Shown: one piece after another, positions 39,879-51,620 of the stretch
How positions within the stretch are numbered: position 1 is the stretch's first letter
Layout: each line of letters begins with the position of its first letter
From: an uncultured Planctomycetia bacterium
GTDB lineage: Bacteria; Omnitrophota; Gorgyraeia; 2-02-FULL-51-18
DNA: 64,000 nt
Assembly (NCBI GenBank): GCA_964642015.1
Contig: CAZXLF010000001.1
Span: 432,168-496,167 of the forward strand
Direction: 5' to 3'
The notes under the pieces: generated by a model
What the model was told of the DNA's origin: nothing
What the model saw: only the letters and a program-made list of their open reading frames with translations
Database searches by the model: none
Position numbers and translations under genes: made by a program

Positions 39879-41153
39879 ATGAAAGCTACTTTGAAAAAAA
39901 TAAAGGAATGCCGCGTTAAACTGTTGATCGAAGTGAATGCGGACCAGGTTGAAAACCGTTTTCAGGATGTTTTCAGGGATTTTCAGAAAGCGGCGACGCT
40001 TCCGGGTTTTCGTACCGGAAAAGCACCGCTTGAGTTGATCGAGAAAAAATTTTCTAAAGAAGCTCATGAAGAAGTCCTGAAGTCCTTGGTTCCGGAAGCG
40101 TATCATCAGTCCGTGATATCTCAGAAGGTATCACCGGTATCACTTCCTTCCATATCGGATATTCAGATGGAGCGCGGGAAGAAACTGACGTTCTCTGCCG
40201 AGTTCGACAGGTTCCCTGAATTCTCTCTGAAAAATTATAAAGGCATCAAGATCGTCAAGCCCTCGATGGAAGTTTCTGACGAAGACACAGAGAAAGGAAT
40301 GGCTTCTTTGATGGATTCGCGCGCTGAACTGACAGAACTTATTTCTCTGAGAGCGGTGGCAAAGGGTGATTATGTGATCGCCGATGTGGAAATTTGGAAA
40401 GACGGCAGTTTTATCCCGGGGCAGAAGGGGATTTTGCTTTTTGTTGAAGCGCACGAATCGGATGATTTTTACGATAAGATCGTGGGTGCGCAAGTCGGAG
40501 AAGCTCGGGAGATCTCTGTGGACCTTGATGAAGAAGAAAAAAAGCGCGGCTTGATCGGCAGAAAGCCCGCTTATAAGATCTGGGTACGCGGAATAAAAGA
40601 AAAAAAGCTCCCTGTTTTGGATGAAGATTTCGCTAAAAGTTTTGGCAAGGCCTCCGTGGATGAGTTAAAGGAAGCTGTACGCAAAGATATCGCCAGTTAC
40701 AAAAAATCGGAAGCTTTTGAGAAGATGAAGCATGAGCTTTTTGAGAGACTTTTAGCCATGGCCGATTTTGTGGTGCCCGAAGCGCTTGTCGAGAAACAGA
40801 AGGAAAAATTGATGGAGCAGGCCAAGCTTCAATACGAGCGCAGAGGGATGGTTAACGGTCAACTCGCAGACCAACTTAAGAAAACCGAAAGCGAGGCGGT
40901 TTCGAAAGCGGCTGAACAGGTCAAACTTTATTTTATTCTGCAAAAGGTAGCGGAGCTTGAGCAGATCGAACCTGATGAAATAGAGCTTGAGCGCAGGCTT
41001 CAGGTGCTGGCGGATGAGTCCAAACGCCCGCTTGACGAGGCCAGGCAAGTCTTTGGAGAGGATCTGCGTGAAAGCATGCGCGAGCGGCAGACAATCGACT
41101 TTTTACTGGCGAACGCGAATTTGAAAGAAGAGGAATTGAAAGCAACGGCATGA
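39879..41153 (+). CDS. tig: Trigger factor
   Basis: LPGFRTGKAP ribosome-binding motif, LPVLDEDFAK; directly upstream of clpP. Confidence 0.93.
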   Translation: MKATLKKIKECRVKLLIEVNADQVENRFQDVFRDFQKAATLPGFRTGKAPLELIEKKFSKEAHEEVLKSLVPEAYHQSVISQKVSPVSLPSISDIQMERGKKLTFSAEFDRFPEFSLKNYKGIKIVKPSMEVSDEDTEKGMASLMDSRAELTELISLRAVAKGDYVIADVEIWKDGSFIPGQKGILLFVEAHESDDFYDKIVGAQVGEAREISVDLDEEEKKRGLIGRKPAYKIWVRGIKEKKLPVLDEDFAKSFGKASVDELKEAVRKDIASYKKSEAFEKMKHELFERLLAMADFVVPEALVEKQKEKLMEQAKLQYERRGMVNGQLADQLKKTESEAVSKAAEQVKLYFILQKVAELEQIEPDEIELERRLQVLADESKRPLDEARQVFGEDLRESMRERQTIDFLLANANLKEEELKATA

Positions 41154-41194
41154 TCATTCACATCACCTTAAATAGTTAAAGCAAAGGACACACG

Positions 41195-41794
41195 ATGAGC
41201 ATACTTATCCCGATGGTTATTGAGCAGACCGGCAGATCCGAGCGCGCCTATGATATTTACTCCAGACTTCTCAAAGACCGTGTGATATTCATCGGAACTC
41301 CGATCGATGACAATGTGGCCAACCTCGTGGTGGCCCAGCTTTTATTCCTTCAGATGGAAGACCAGGATAAGGATATCAGCATCTACATTAATTCACCCGG
41401 TGGGTCTATTACAAGCGGCTTGGCTATTTACGATACGATCCAATTTTTGAAACCGGACGTTTGCACTTATTGCGTAGGACAGGCAGCAAGCATGGGCGCG
41501 GTGCTTTTGGCAGCCGGCACGAAGGGTAAGCGTTATTCATTGCCAAATGCGCGCGTGATGATCCATCAGCCTTGGGGCGGCGTGCAGGGCGTCGCGGCGG
41601 ATATCAATATCCAAGCCCGCGAGATACAGAATTTGAAAGATAAACTGAACGGGATCCTTTCGCGTCACACGGGCCAACCCGTTGAAAAGATAGAGAAGGA
41701 CACGGATCGCGATTATTTCATGGCGGCGAATGAAGCCAAGGATTATGGGTTGGTCGATGAAGTGGTCGTTAATATCCGTTCATTGAAAAAGTAA
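41195..41794 (+). CDS. clpP: ATP-dependent Clp protease proteolytic subunit
   Basis: [35 protein letters not shown]. Confidence 0.98.
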   Translation: MSILIPMVIEQTGRSERAYDIYSRLLKDRVIFIGTPIDDNVANLVVAQLLFLQMEDQDKDISIYINSPGGSITSGLAIYDTIQFLKPDVCTYCVGQAASMGAVLLAAGTKGKRYSLPNARVMIHQPWGGVQGVAADINIQAREIQNLKDKLNGILSRHTGQPVEKIEKDTDRDYFMAANEAKDYGLVDEVVVNIRSLKK

Positions 41795-41805
41795 AGGGCC
41801 GATCT

Positions 41806-42921
41806 GTGAAAGATACTTTGTTATTAACTCCCGGACCCACCGCGGTACCGAAGCGGATTCTGGACAAGACCGCTGTTCCGATGATCCATCACCGGACGAA
41901 GGCGTATCAGACGATCCTTGAGCGCGTTAACGCGGATCTGCAGAAGGTTTTTTTTACGAAACACCCGGTACTTACTTTTGCGTCGTCAGGCACCGGCGCC
42001 ATGGAAGGTTCGATCGTCAATTGTTTGTCTAAAGGTGATATAGTTTTATCGTTTTCTGCGGGAAAATGGGGTGAGCGTTATCGTGACATTGCCAGGACCT
42101 ACGGGTTGGATGTTAAAAGTTTTGAGAAACAATATGGTGAGGCGGTAAAACCGGAAGAAGTAGCTGACGCTATCAAAAAACATCCAGGAGTCAAAGCGGT
42201 GTTGATCACGCTTTGCGAGACTTCCACGGCGGTCCTTCATCCGGTCGAAGCGATCGCAAAATTGACGCGAGGCACCGATATTATTTTAATGGTCGACGCG
42301 ATCAGCGGATTGATGTGTGATCCTCTAAAAATGGATGAATGGGGAATCGATCTTGTAGTTTGCGGAAGCCAAAAGGGTTTTATGTTGCCGCCGGGGCTCA
42401 GTTTCGTCGCATTGAATGAAAAAGCGCAAAAAGCGCTCACAACATCCAATTTGCCGAAATATTATTTCAATTTTACCGACACGATCAAAGCGCTTAAAAA
42501 AAATGATACACCGTTTACGCCGGCTGTTAGTTTGGTGAGAGGGCTTGAGGAGTCGCTTTTAATGCTGCTCGAAGAAGGCGTGGAAAATGTATGGAAAAGG
42601 CATGCGGATGTTGCTCGTTTTGTCAGGCAGCAGATATCGGACCTTGGTCTTGAGCTTTTCGCGAAGTCGCCTTCCAATGCATTGACGGCGATCAAGATGC
42701 CTGACGGGATCTCCTCGGGTGATATGATCAAACATATGCGTGATGTTCATCAGGTTGTGATGGCTGACGGGCAAGGAGAGCTTCAGGGGAAAATGGTCCG
42801 CTTCGCTCATATGGGAGCCGCATGCACGATGAATGATGCCAAGCGTGGTTTGGAAGCTTTTGTCGATGCTTTGAAAACCGTGCGTAGCGCAAGTCAATCT
42901 GCCCAGAAAGCAAAGGTGTAG
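41806..42921 (+). CDS. Class V PLP aminotransferase (alanine-glyoxylate/serine-pyruvate family); probable phosphoserine aminotransferase
   Basis: LLTPGPT, HHRT, SSGTGAME, ETST, VDAIS, GSQKGFMLPPG; adjacent to serA. Confidence 0.85.
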   Translation: MKDTLLLTPGPTAVPKRILDKTAVPMIHHRTKAYQTILERVNADLQKVFFTKHPVLTFASSGTGAMEGSIVNCLSKGDIVLSFSAGKWGERYRDIARTYGLDVKSFEKQYGEAVKPEEVADAIKKHPGVKAVLITLCETSTAVLHPVEAIAKLTRGTDIILMVDAISGLMCDPLKMDEWGIDLVVCGSQKGFMLPPGLSFVALNEKAQKALTTSNLPKYYFNFTDTIKALKKNDTPFTPAVSLVRGLEESLLMLLEEGVENVWKRHADVARFVRQQISDLGLELFAKSPSNALTAIKMPDGISSGDMIKHMRDVHQVVMADGQGELQGKMVRFAHMGAACTMNDAKRGLEAFVDALKTVRSASQSAQKAKV

Positions 42922-42925
42922 ATCA

Positions 42926-44536
42926 ATGCCGACAGCGACCATAGCTAAAACCCAATTTAAGATCCTGATCTGCGATGACATTGCGGAAGAGGGTCTAAAT
43001 CTTTTCCATCACGAAAAGAATTTTACAACGGTCGTGAAGACCAAGCTCCCTTTGGATCAGTTAAAAAAAGAGATCGTTGACTGCGATGCTTGTGTCGTGC
43101 GTTCCGGCACGCAGATCACCAAGGAAGTTATTAATGCTTCTCAAAAATTGAAAGTCATAGGCCGCGCCGGTGTAGGGCTTGATAATGTAGATGTGGAAGC
43201 GGCTTCCAAAAAAGGTATCGTTGTGATCAATACTCCCGGAGGCAACACGATCTCGGCTGCGGAACACACATTTTGTCTTTTGATGGCTTTGGCCCGCAAC
43301 ATACCGCAGGCAAATGCTTCGATCAAGAAAGGTGAGTGGGAAAGGAAAAAATTTACGGGCGTTCAGCTTTTAGAAAAAACGCTCGGCGTGGTTGGTCTTG
43401 GAAGGATCGGCAGCGAAGTGGCTAAAAGGGCGCAGAGCTTTGGAATGAAGGTTATCGCCTATGATCCTTTCTTACGGGCAGAAAAAGCTCTGCAGATTGG
43501 CGTGGAGTTGATGTCGATGGATGAGCTCTTAACTCGTTCAGATTTTTTAACGCTTCATATGCCTTTAAGCTCCGACAGCAAATATATGATCGGCGAGAAA
43601 GAGCTGAGCAAGATGAAAAAAAGTGCCCGCATCATCAATTGCGCGCGCGGCGGCTTGATCGATGAGAAAGCGCTGGCCAAAGCGATCGAAAGCGGACACA
43701 TTGCCGGCGCCGCGCTTGATGTATTTGAATCGGAACCTCCTAAGGACAGTGCGCTTCTGGCTTTGCCGTCTGTTGTAGCTACACCGCATTTGGGAGCCTC
43801 AACTGAAGAGGCGCAGATAGCGGTATCGGTGGATGTCGCACAGAGCATTGCGGATTTTCTGCAGGGCCGCGGGATCAAGAACGCGGTCAATGTGCCGGTG
43901 ATGGATCCGGAGGTTTTTGAGCAGCTACGCCCTTACATTCAATTGGCTGAAAAATTAGGTGCGTTGGAGACGCAGTTGATCGACGGCCAGATCCAGCAAG
44001 TGGATATTCATTATAATGGCCAAGTAGCCGAGCTTGATACGACATCTATAACGTTGGCTGTGATCAAGGGGCTACTTACACCTATTCTTGCCGAAAGCGT
44101 CAATTACGTGAACGCGTCGGTATTGGCGAAAGAGCGAGGTATTAAGATCACCGAGTCCAAATCCTCATCCGATTCTCATTACACTAATTTGATTCATGTG
44201 GAAGTAAAGACCGATAAGAAAAAAAGCGCCGCTGCTGGGACTCTTTTTACGCGTGAAGATACGCGTATCGTGATGATCGATGAATTTGATGTCGAGGCAG
44301 TCCCTGAGGGTTATATTCTTTTGATCTCCAATAATGATGTGCCGGGGATCGTCGGTCAGATCGGCACATTTCTCGGGAACAATAAAATAAACATTGCGGG
44401 CATGACTCTGGGGCGTGACAAGCCGGGAGGTCGTGCCACGACACTTCTTAAAGTCGACAGCCCGATCTCCGATCAGGTGATGCAGGGGATACGCAAGGCC
44501 AAAAATATTCTGGATGCGAAACTGATCAAGTTGTAA
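42926..44536 (+). CDS. serA: D-3-phosphoglycerate dehydrogenase (long form with ASB and ACT domains)
   Basis: GRAGVGLDNVD, GLGRIG, NCARGG, TPHLGASTEEAQ, DVPGIVG, INIAGM. Confidence 0.96.
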   Translation: MPTATIAKTQFKILICDDIAEEGLNLFHHEKNFTTVVKTKLPLDQLKKEIVDCDACVVRSGTQITKEVINASQKLKVIGRAGVGLDNVDVEAASKKGIVVINTPGGNTISAAEHTFCLLMALARNIPQANASIKKGEWERKKFTGVQLLEKTLGVVGLGRIGSEVAKRAQSFGMKVIAYDPFLRAEKALQIGVELMSMDELLTRSDFLTLHMPLSSDSKYMIGEKELSKMKKSARIINCARGGLIDEKALAKAIESGHIAGAALDVFESEPPKDSALLALPSVVATPHLGASTEEAQIAVSVDVAQSIADFLQGRGIKNAVNVPVMDPEVFEQLRPYIQLAEKLGALETQLIDGQIQQVDIHYNGQVAELDTTSITLAVIKGLLTPILAESVNYVNASVLAKERGIKITESKSSSDSHYTNLIHVEVKTDKKKSAAAGTLFTREDTRIVMIDEFDVEAVPEGYILLISNNDVPGIVGQIGTFLGNNKINIAGMTLGRDKPGGRATTLLKVDSPISDQVMQGIRKAKNILDAKLIKL

Positions 44537-44553
44537 AGAAGGATGAGTTTTAG

Positions 44554-45936
<1,383 letters not shown>

Positions 45937-45954
45937 TTTTTGAGGCACGATGTT

Positions 45955-46677
45955 ATGAATCGTATTCCCCAGCATGTAGCGATTATTATGGACGGCAATG
46001 GCCGTTGGGCTCAGTCTCGCGGACTGCCTCGTGTTGCCGGACATCGTGCAGGCATGCAATCGGTGCGCGAGATCGTCAAAGCCGCTATCGAATTCGAAGT
46101 GCCTGTCTTGACCTTGTATGCGTTTAGCCAGGAGAATTGGAAAAGACCCAAAGAAGAAGTTTCGATGTTGATGGAGCTCTTGGACTATTTTTTAGATCTG
46201 GAGATCAAAAATCTAGTCAAAGAGGGGGTTCAGGTGAAAACGATCGGAAAGATTGAAGCGCTGCCCGAACAAACATTGGCCAAGGTCAGAGAAGCGATCC
46301 AATCTACGGCCCACAACCGGAAACTGATCCTTAACATCGCGTTGAATTACGGCGCAAGGACTGAGATTCTCGATGCCGTAGCCAAGATCGTCAAGAAAGC
46401 GCAGGCGGATCCCGAATTTTCAAAAAAAACTCAGTCATTGACCGAAGAGGAATTTTCCAGTTTTCTTTATACCTCAGGCCTGCCTGACCCTGATCTTCTG
46501 ATCCGCACAAGCGGAGAGATGAGGCTGAGCAATTTTTTATTGTGGCAGTTGTCCTACGCGGAGATCTATATCACGAAAAAATACTGGCCTGATTTCCGCC
46601 GAGATGATTTCTTGAGCGCGCTCAAGGAATACGAAAAACGTGAACGGCGTTTTGGCGATGTCCACGCTCAAGTCTAA
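45955..46677 (+). CDS. uppS: Undecaprenyl diphosphate synthase
   Basis: HVAIIMDGNGRWA, YAFSQENWKRP, DLLIRTSGEMRLSNFLLWQ, RRFG. Confidence 0.96.
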   Translation: MNRIPQHVAIIMDGNGRWAQSRGLPRVAGHRAGMQSVREIVKAAIEFEVPVLTLYAFSQENWKRPKEEVSMLMELLDYFLDLEIKNLVKEGVQVKTIGKIEALPEQTLAKVREAIQSTAHNRKLILNIALNYGARTEILDAVAKIVKKAQADPEFSKKTQSLTEEEFSSFLYTSGLPDPDLLIRTSGEMRLSNFLLWQLSYAEIYITKKYWPDFRRDDFLSALKEYEKRERRFGDVHAQV

Positions 46678-46699
46678 CCCCAATAGGATACGTCGTGAA

Positions 46700-47569
46700 A
46701 TGTCTAATGGTGATTTGAACCCTGTTTTGGAAAGAGAAACTGGTGAGATTAAAAGCGCCGGTGTTAAACTGATCAAACGTATTTTCACAAGCGCTATTCT
46801 GATCGGGATCAGTGCTGCGATCCTTTTTTATGCGAAACCGCTTTATTTTTGCCTCGAAGTCATTTTTTTTATCGCGTTAGCTCTCGTTGAGTTTTTCGAC
46901 CTTCTCCGCAATAATCATATCATGGTTTACAGGCTTTTTGGCGTGGCGATGGGTATTGTGATCCCGTTGATCGTCTATATGGAATTGGGGCTGGCGCAGT
47001 CGGGGGAGATCCTTTTTCTTGTGCTGGGCTGTCTTTTTTTGTTCCTGCTGCAATTTTTTCATAAGGATAATTCACAGGCGCTTGTCGGAATTTCGTTGAC
47101 GCTGTTCGGCATTTTGTATATCAGCTGGTTTTTGAGCTTCCTGATCAAGATCAGATTCTTAGAGGGAGGCGTGCTTTGGGTCGCCTATCTTTTGACAGTT
47201 ACCAAGGCAGGTGACATAGGCGCATATCTGGTTGGCACGCTTTGCGGACGTCACAGTTTGATCCCTCACATCAGCCCTAAAAAATCGGTGGAAGGCATGT
47301 TTGGAGGATTGGCCGGAAGCGTTTTAGCTTCATATCTTTTGCGTCATTTTTTACCGCTGCATTTTGCGCCTTTTCATGTTTTGGTCTTAGGGCTTTTGAT
47401 CGGCGCGGTTGGCCAGATCGGCGATCTTTCAGAGTCGCTGATGAAACGTTTTTGTAACGCCAAAGATTCTGGCAGACTTCTGCCTGGCATGGGCGGTTTT
47501 CTGGATGCGGTGGACAGCATTCTTTTTACGGCGCCGATCTTTTATTTTCATCTGAGGATCTATTTATGA
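46700..47569 (+). CDS. cdsA: Phosphatidate cytidylyltransferase (start uncertain)
   Basis: DIGAYLVG, ISPKKSVEG, GDLSESLMKR...KDSG..LPG.GG.LD. Confidence 0.94.
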   Translation: MSNGDLNPVLERETGEIKSAGVKLIKRIFTSAILIGISAAILFYAKPLYFCLEVIFFIALALVEFFDLLRNNHIMVYRLFGVAMGIVIPLIVYMELGLAQSGEILFLVLGCLFLFLLQFFHKDNSQALVGISLTLFGILYISWFLSFLIKIRFLEGGVLWVAYLLTVTKAGDIGAYLVGTLCGRHSLIPHISPKKSVEGMFGGLAGSVLASYLLRHFLPLHFAPFHVLVLGLLIGAVGQIGDLSESLMKRFCNAKDSGRLLPGMGGFLDAVDSILFTAPIFYFHLRIYL

Positions 47570-48726
47570 AAAAAAGCGTCACGATCCTTGGTTCCACCGG
47601 GTCTGTTGGGTTGAATGCTCTGCGTGTTATCAAGGAGCATCCCCAGCATTTTGAGGTCGCAGGTCTTGCTGCCGGATCCAAGCTTGACATTTTGAAAGAA
47701 CAGATCGAAGAATTTTCGCCGAAAAGTGTTTATCTGAAAGATGTTGCTGCATGCGCAGAATTGGCTAAGGCCTATGGAAAGCAGCTGCGCGTTTTTTCTG
47801 AAAAAGAAGGTCTTAGAGAGTTTTCATCATCGCTGAATAGCGACATACTCTTGGCTGCGACAAGCGGCACCAGCGCTTTATTACCTGTTCTTGATGCGCT
47901 AGAACGCGGAAAGCGTGTTGCACTTGCCAATAAAGAGATCCTTGTGATGGCCGGGGCGCTTGTGGTCAGGAAATTGAAAGAAAATTCCAACGCTTCGCTA
48001 ATACCTGTGGACAGCGAACATAATGCGATATTCCAGTGCCTTGAAGGAAACGATAAAGAAAGTATTGAAAAAATTATTCTGACAGGTTCCGGAGGGCCGC
48101 TTAGGGAATTATCCGAAGAATCTTTTGCAAAACTTACTAAGGAAGTGGTCGTCAATCATCCGCGGTGGAAAATGGGTAAAAAAATATCCGTGGATTCGGC
48201 GACGCTGATGAACAAGGGGCTTGAGATCATCGAGGCGGCGTGGCTTTTTGACGTCCCGATAGACAAGATACAGGTATTGATACATCCGGAGGCGGTCATT
48301 CATTCCATGGTCGAATTTAAGGACGGTTCGATTTTAGCGCAGTTGGGCGTGACGGATATGCGTTTACCGATACAGCACGCGCTTAGCTTTCCAAAGAGGT
48401 TTTCGGCTCCGACGTCGATGAAACTGGATTTTTCTAATATTTCAAGCCTCACATTTTCCGCGCCCAACCGTAAAAAATTTCCTTGCCTTGAGATCGCTTA
48501 CCAGGCCGCCGTGCGCTCAGGAAGCGCGCCGTGTGTGCTCAGCGCGGCCGATGAAGTGGCTGTGGACGCTTATTTGGGAGACCGGATAGGGTTTCAGCAG
48601 ATCCCCAGGATCATAGAAAAAGTCCTATCGAATCATCATCATGTGGCGGATCCGGATCTCTCCGAGATCCAATCGATCCATCGCTGGGCTATTGAGGAGA
48701 CGAGAAAATTATGTCAAGCGGGCTGA
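47566..48726 (+). CDS. dxr: 1-deoxy-D-xylulose-5-phosphate reductoisomerase
   Basis: ILGSTGSVG, LANKE, PVDSEHNAIFQ, HPRWKMGKKISVDSATLMNKGLE. Confidence 0.97.
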   Translation: MKKSVTILGSTGSVGLNALRVIKEHPQHFEVAGLAAGSKLDILKEQIEEFSPKSVYLKDVAACAELAKAYGKQLRVFSEKEGLREFSSSLNSDILLAATSGTSALLPVLDALERGKRVALANKEILVMAGALVVRKLKENSNASLIPVDSEHNAIFQCLEGNDKESIEKIILTGSGGPLRELSEESFAKLTKEVVVNHPRWKMGKKISVDSATLMNKGLEIIEAAWLFDVPIDKIQVLIHPEAVIHSMVEFKDGSILAQLGVTDMRLPIQHALSFPKRFSAPTSMKLDFSNISSLTFSAPNRKKFPCLEIAYQAAVRSGSAPCVLSAADEVAVDAYLGDRIGFQQIPRIIEKVLSNHHHVADPDLSEIQSIHRWAIEETRKLCQAG

Positions 48727-49793
48727 TCTTTCTTTTTGTATTGGGCGTACTGGTAGTGGTGCATGAATTCGGTCATTTCATTGCCGCGAAAGCGGTCGGC
48801 GTGCGTGTGGAAAAATTTTCGATAGGATTCGGTCCCGTGATCTTCGGTAAAAAATTCGGGGAAACGGACTTTTGCGTCTCACTTTTGCCTTTGGGCGGAT
48901 TCGTGAAACTCGCGGGCGAAAGCCCTGAAGAATCCAAGGGTCACGCGTGGGAATTCAATTCGAAGAATCTGTTGCAGAAGTTCGTGATCGTTTTTGCCGG
49001 CCCGTTCATGAACGCATTTTTATCGTTCGTTATTTTTTCATCGATTTATCTCGTCGGACAGCCGACTCTTTCGAATAAAATTGGAAAAATATTGGACGGG
49101 GCTCCGGCGCAATCGGCGGGTTTGATGGAAAACGACCGTGTGCTTTCAGTGAATGGGCAGACCGTGACCTATTGGGAGGATATCCTGAAAGAGATCCACA
49201 AGAACCCGGAAAAGGTTTTTTTCAGCGTGCAAAGAGCGGATAAAGTAGTCAATGTTTTAGTGACACCGAAGAAACAAGTCACAAAGAGCCTTTTTGGAAA
49301 AAAACTTGAAGTTTCATTTGTGGGCATTGCTCCATCGAGCGAAATGCTTTACATTAAGAGCAGTCCGCTTCAGGCGATTATTTTGGGCGCTGACCGTGTT
49401 TGGAAGCTCACGTCAATGATCTTTTATTCATTGGGTCTGATGATTACGGGTGCGATGGCGTTCAAAGACTCCATGACCGGGCCGATAGGAATATTTTTTA
49501 TGACCAAAGAGGCCGCTCAAATGGGCTTGATTTATCTTTTTTATTTCATGGGCTCATTGAGCGTCAGCCTTTTTGTCCTCAATCTTTTGCCGATCCCGGT
49601 GCTCGACGGGGGGCACGTGCTTTTTATTTTGATCGAAAAGATCAAAGGCTCGCCGCTTAAAGATTCCATAAAAGAAAAAATGACGCAGGGCGGGATGGCC
49701 CTCCTTCTCTTGCTTATGGTTTTTGTAATATTTCAAGACATGCACCGGTTTTCCATTATTGACAACGCGATGAAACTTTTTAAAGGAAACTAA
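48711..49793 (+). CDS. rseP: RIP metalloprotease RseP
   Basis: HEFGH, FSIGFGP, PLGGFV, AGP..N, PDZ region, NLLPIPVLDGG. Confidence 0.95.
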   Translation: MSSGLIFLFVLGVLVVVHEFGHFIAAKAVGVRVEKFSIGFGPVIFGKKFGETDFCVSLLPLGGFVKLAGESPEESKGHAWEFNSKNLLQKFVIVFAGPFMNAFLSFVIFSSIYLVGQPTLSNKIGKILDGAPAQSAGLMENDRVLSVNGQTVTYWEDILKEIHKNPEKVFFSVQRADKVVNVLVTPKKQVTKSLFGKKLEVSFVGIAPSSEMLYIKSSPLQAIILGADRVWKLTSMIFYSLGLMITGAMAFKDSMTGPIGIFFMTKEAAQMGLIYLFYFMGSLSVSLFVLNLLPIPVLDGGHVLFILIEKIKGSPLKDSIKEKMTQGGMALLLLLMVFVIFQDMHRFSIIDNAMKLFKGN

Positions 49794-51506
49794 ATGCGCT
49801 GGACAAGAACTTTAATTCCCACGTTAAAGGAAAACCCGCAGGAAGCGCAGATCAAAAGTCACCGTTACATGCTGAGAGCGGGACTGATCCGAAAATTGGC
49901 CAGCGGGACCTACAGCTATCTTCCTTTAGGTCTTCGCGCACTGCAAAAAGCGACGGAGATCGTGCGTGAGGAAATGGACAGGACCGGAGCGCTCGAAGTG
50001 CTTTTGCCGGCGATACATCCGGCTGAGCTTTGGAAGGAATCAGGCCGTTTCGAGATCTTGGGGGAAGACATGGTTCATTTCAAGGACAGGCACGGAAAAG
50101 AGAATGTGCTGGGACCCACACACGAGGAAGTGATCACGGACCTTGCGCGACGGGAAATTCACTCCTACAAGCAGCTGCCGGTGACGCTTTATCAGATCCA
50201 GACAAAATTCCGCGATGAGATGCGTCCGAGGTCGGGGATCATCCGGAGCCGTGAATTTCTTATGAAAGATGCTTATAGTTTTCACACAAGCGATCAGAGT
50301 CTTGATGAAACTTACAATGCAATGAAAGAGGCCTATAAAAAGATCTTCACGCGTTGCGGTTTGGAGTTTTACATTGTTCAAGCGGATCCGGGTGCTATGG
50401 GCGGCTCGGGCTCTCAGGAATTTGTTTTATTTTCCGATGCAGGGGAAGATTGGATGGTGCAGTATGGAAATTCTGAGACAGTCGTCAGCGTCGAAATGGC
50501 GGAAAGAAAAACAAAGAATGGCGCCTTTCCTAAAAATGCGCTCTCGGGAAAATTTTCTAAAGAACACACACCTGGTCACAGCAGCGTAGAAGGAGTTGCC
50601 CAGTTTCTGAAGAAAATGCCGAAAGATTTGGTCAAAACGATGATCTATCAGCGCCCCGACGGGTCGTTCTTCGAAGTGTTGGTGAGGGGTGACCATGAAG
50701 TCAGTGAATTTAAATTAAAGAAAATCGAGCCCGGCTCTTTCATGGCTTCGCGTGACGCTATTGAAAAGCTCGGTTTTGCATTTGGTTTTAGCGGGCCATT
50801 TGGCACAAAACTCAAATCTTATATAGACGAAGACATTTTGGACATGCAGAATTTTGTAGTTGGAGCTAATATCCGTGATCATCATTTGGTAAATTTTAAT
50901 TTAGGGGATATTCGTAGTGACGATATTCAAATAGGCGATTTCAGGCAAGTTGTGGAAGGTGATTTTTCTAAAGACGGCAAAAAGTTAAATTTTAAGACCG
51001 CCATTGAGCTTGGCCACATTTTTAAATTGAATCTTCGTTACTCAGTCCCACTCAAAGCCCATTATCTGGATGCCGAAGGAAAAGATAATCCAATGATCAT
51101 GGGTTGCTACGGGATCGGCGTGAATCGTATCCTAGCCGCTGCTATTGAACAACATTCTGATGACAAAGGCATTGTTTGGCCGAAAAATATCAGTCCGTTT
51201 CAGGTTTTAGTGGTCATGATCGATCCAAAAGACGAAACTTCCATTAAGATCGTTGAGGAGCTTGAGGCTTCCAACGAATTCAAGGCAAAAGGCGTGGATA
51301 TTTTGATCGACGACCGCACAGAGACGGCGGGGGTCAAATTTAACGATGCCGACTTGATCGGGATCCCTTTACGCGTCATCTTGGGCCCCAAGAACTTAAA
51401 GCAGGGGAAAGTCGAGCTAAAAGTCAGAAAAACCGGCGAGATAACCCTGGTTTCCATATCTGAGCTTTTTTCGAGCATTCTTAAGATTCTTGACAAACTA
51501 GCGTAG
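49794..51506 (+). CDS. proS: Proline--tRNA ligase (bacterial type with insertion domain)
   Basis: LRAGLIR, LGPTHEE, KFRDEMRPR, REFLMKDAYSF, IELGHIF, MGCYGIG, DADLIGIP. Confidence 0.97.
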   Translation: MRWTRTLIPTLKENPQEAQIKSHRYMLRAGLIRKLASGTYSYLPLGLRALQKATEIVREEMDRTGALEVLLPAIHPAELWKESGRFEILGEDMVHFKDRHGKENVLGPTHEEVITDLARREIHSYKQLPVTLYQIQTKFRDEMRPRSGIIRSREFLMKDAYSFHTSDQSLDETYNAMKEAYKKIFTRCGLEFYIVQADPGAMGGSGSQEFVLFSDAGEDWMVQYGNSETVVSVEMAERKTKNGAFPKNALSGKFSKEHTPGHSSVEGVAQFLKKMPKDLVKTMIYQRPDGSFFEVLVRGDHEVSEFKLKKIEPGSFMASRDAIEKLGFAFGFSGPFGTKLKSYIDEDILDMQNFVVGANIRDHHLVNFNLGDIRSDDIQIGDFRQVVEGDFSKDGKKLNFKTAIELGHIFKLNLRYSVPLKAHYLDAEGKDNPMIMGCYGIGVNRILAAAIEQHSDDKGIVWPKNISPFQVLVVMIDPKDETSIKIVEELEASNEFKAKGVDILIDDRTETAGVKFNDADLIGIPLRVILGPKNLKQGKVELKVRKTGEITLVSISELFSSILKILDKLA

Positions 51507-51518
51507 CTTTGCTAAATT
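51490..51518 (+). promoter_or_regulatory. Putative sigma70 promoter for rimP-nusA-infB
   Basis: TTGACA (51490-51495), 17-nt spacer, TAAATT (51513-51518), with a TG extension. Confidence 0.7.
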
Positions 51519-51546
51519 AAACCATCAATTAGAGTTACCTTTTTTG

Positions 51547-51572
51547 AAAGTGGGTGAATACCCACTTTTTTT
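51547..51572 (+). terminator. rimP-leader terminator-like hairpin (attenuator)
   Basis: AAAGTGGGT-gaat-ACCCACTTT followed by a T run, between the promoter and rimP. It resembles the GTGGG...CCCAC rimP leader. Confidence 0.75.
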
Positions 51573-51620
51573 ATTATATGGGATTTTGACCTTATTTGGG
51601 CTTTTAAAGTTAGGTTTGAA

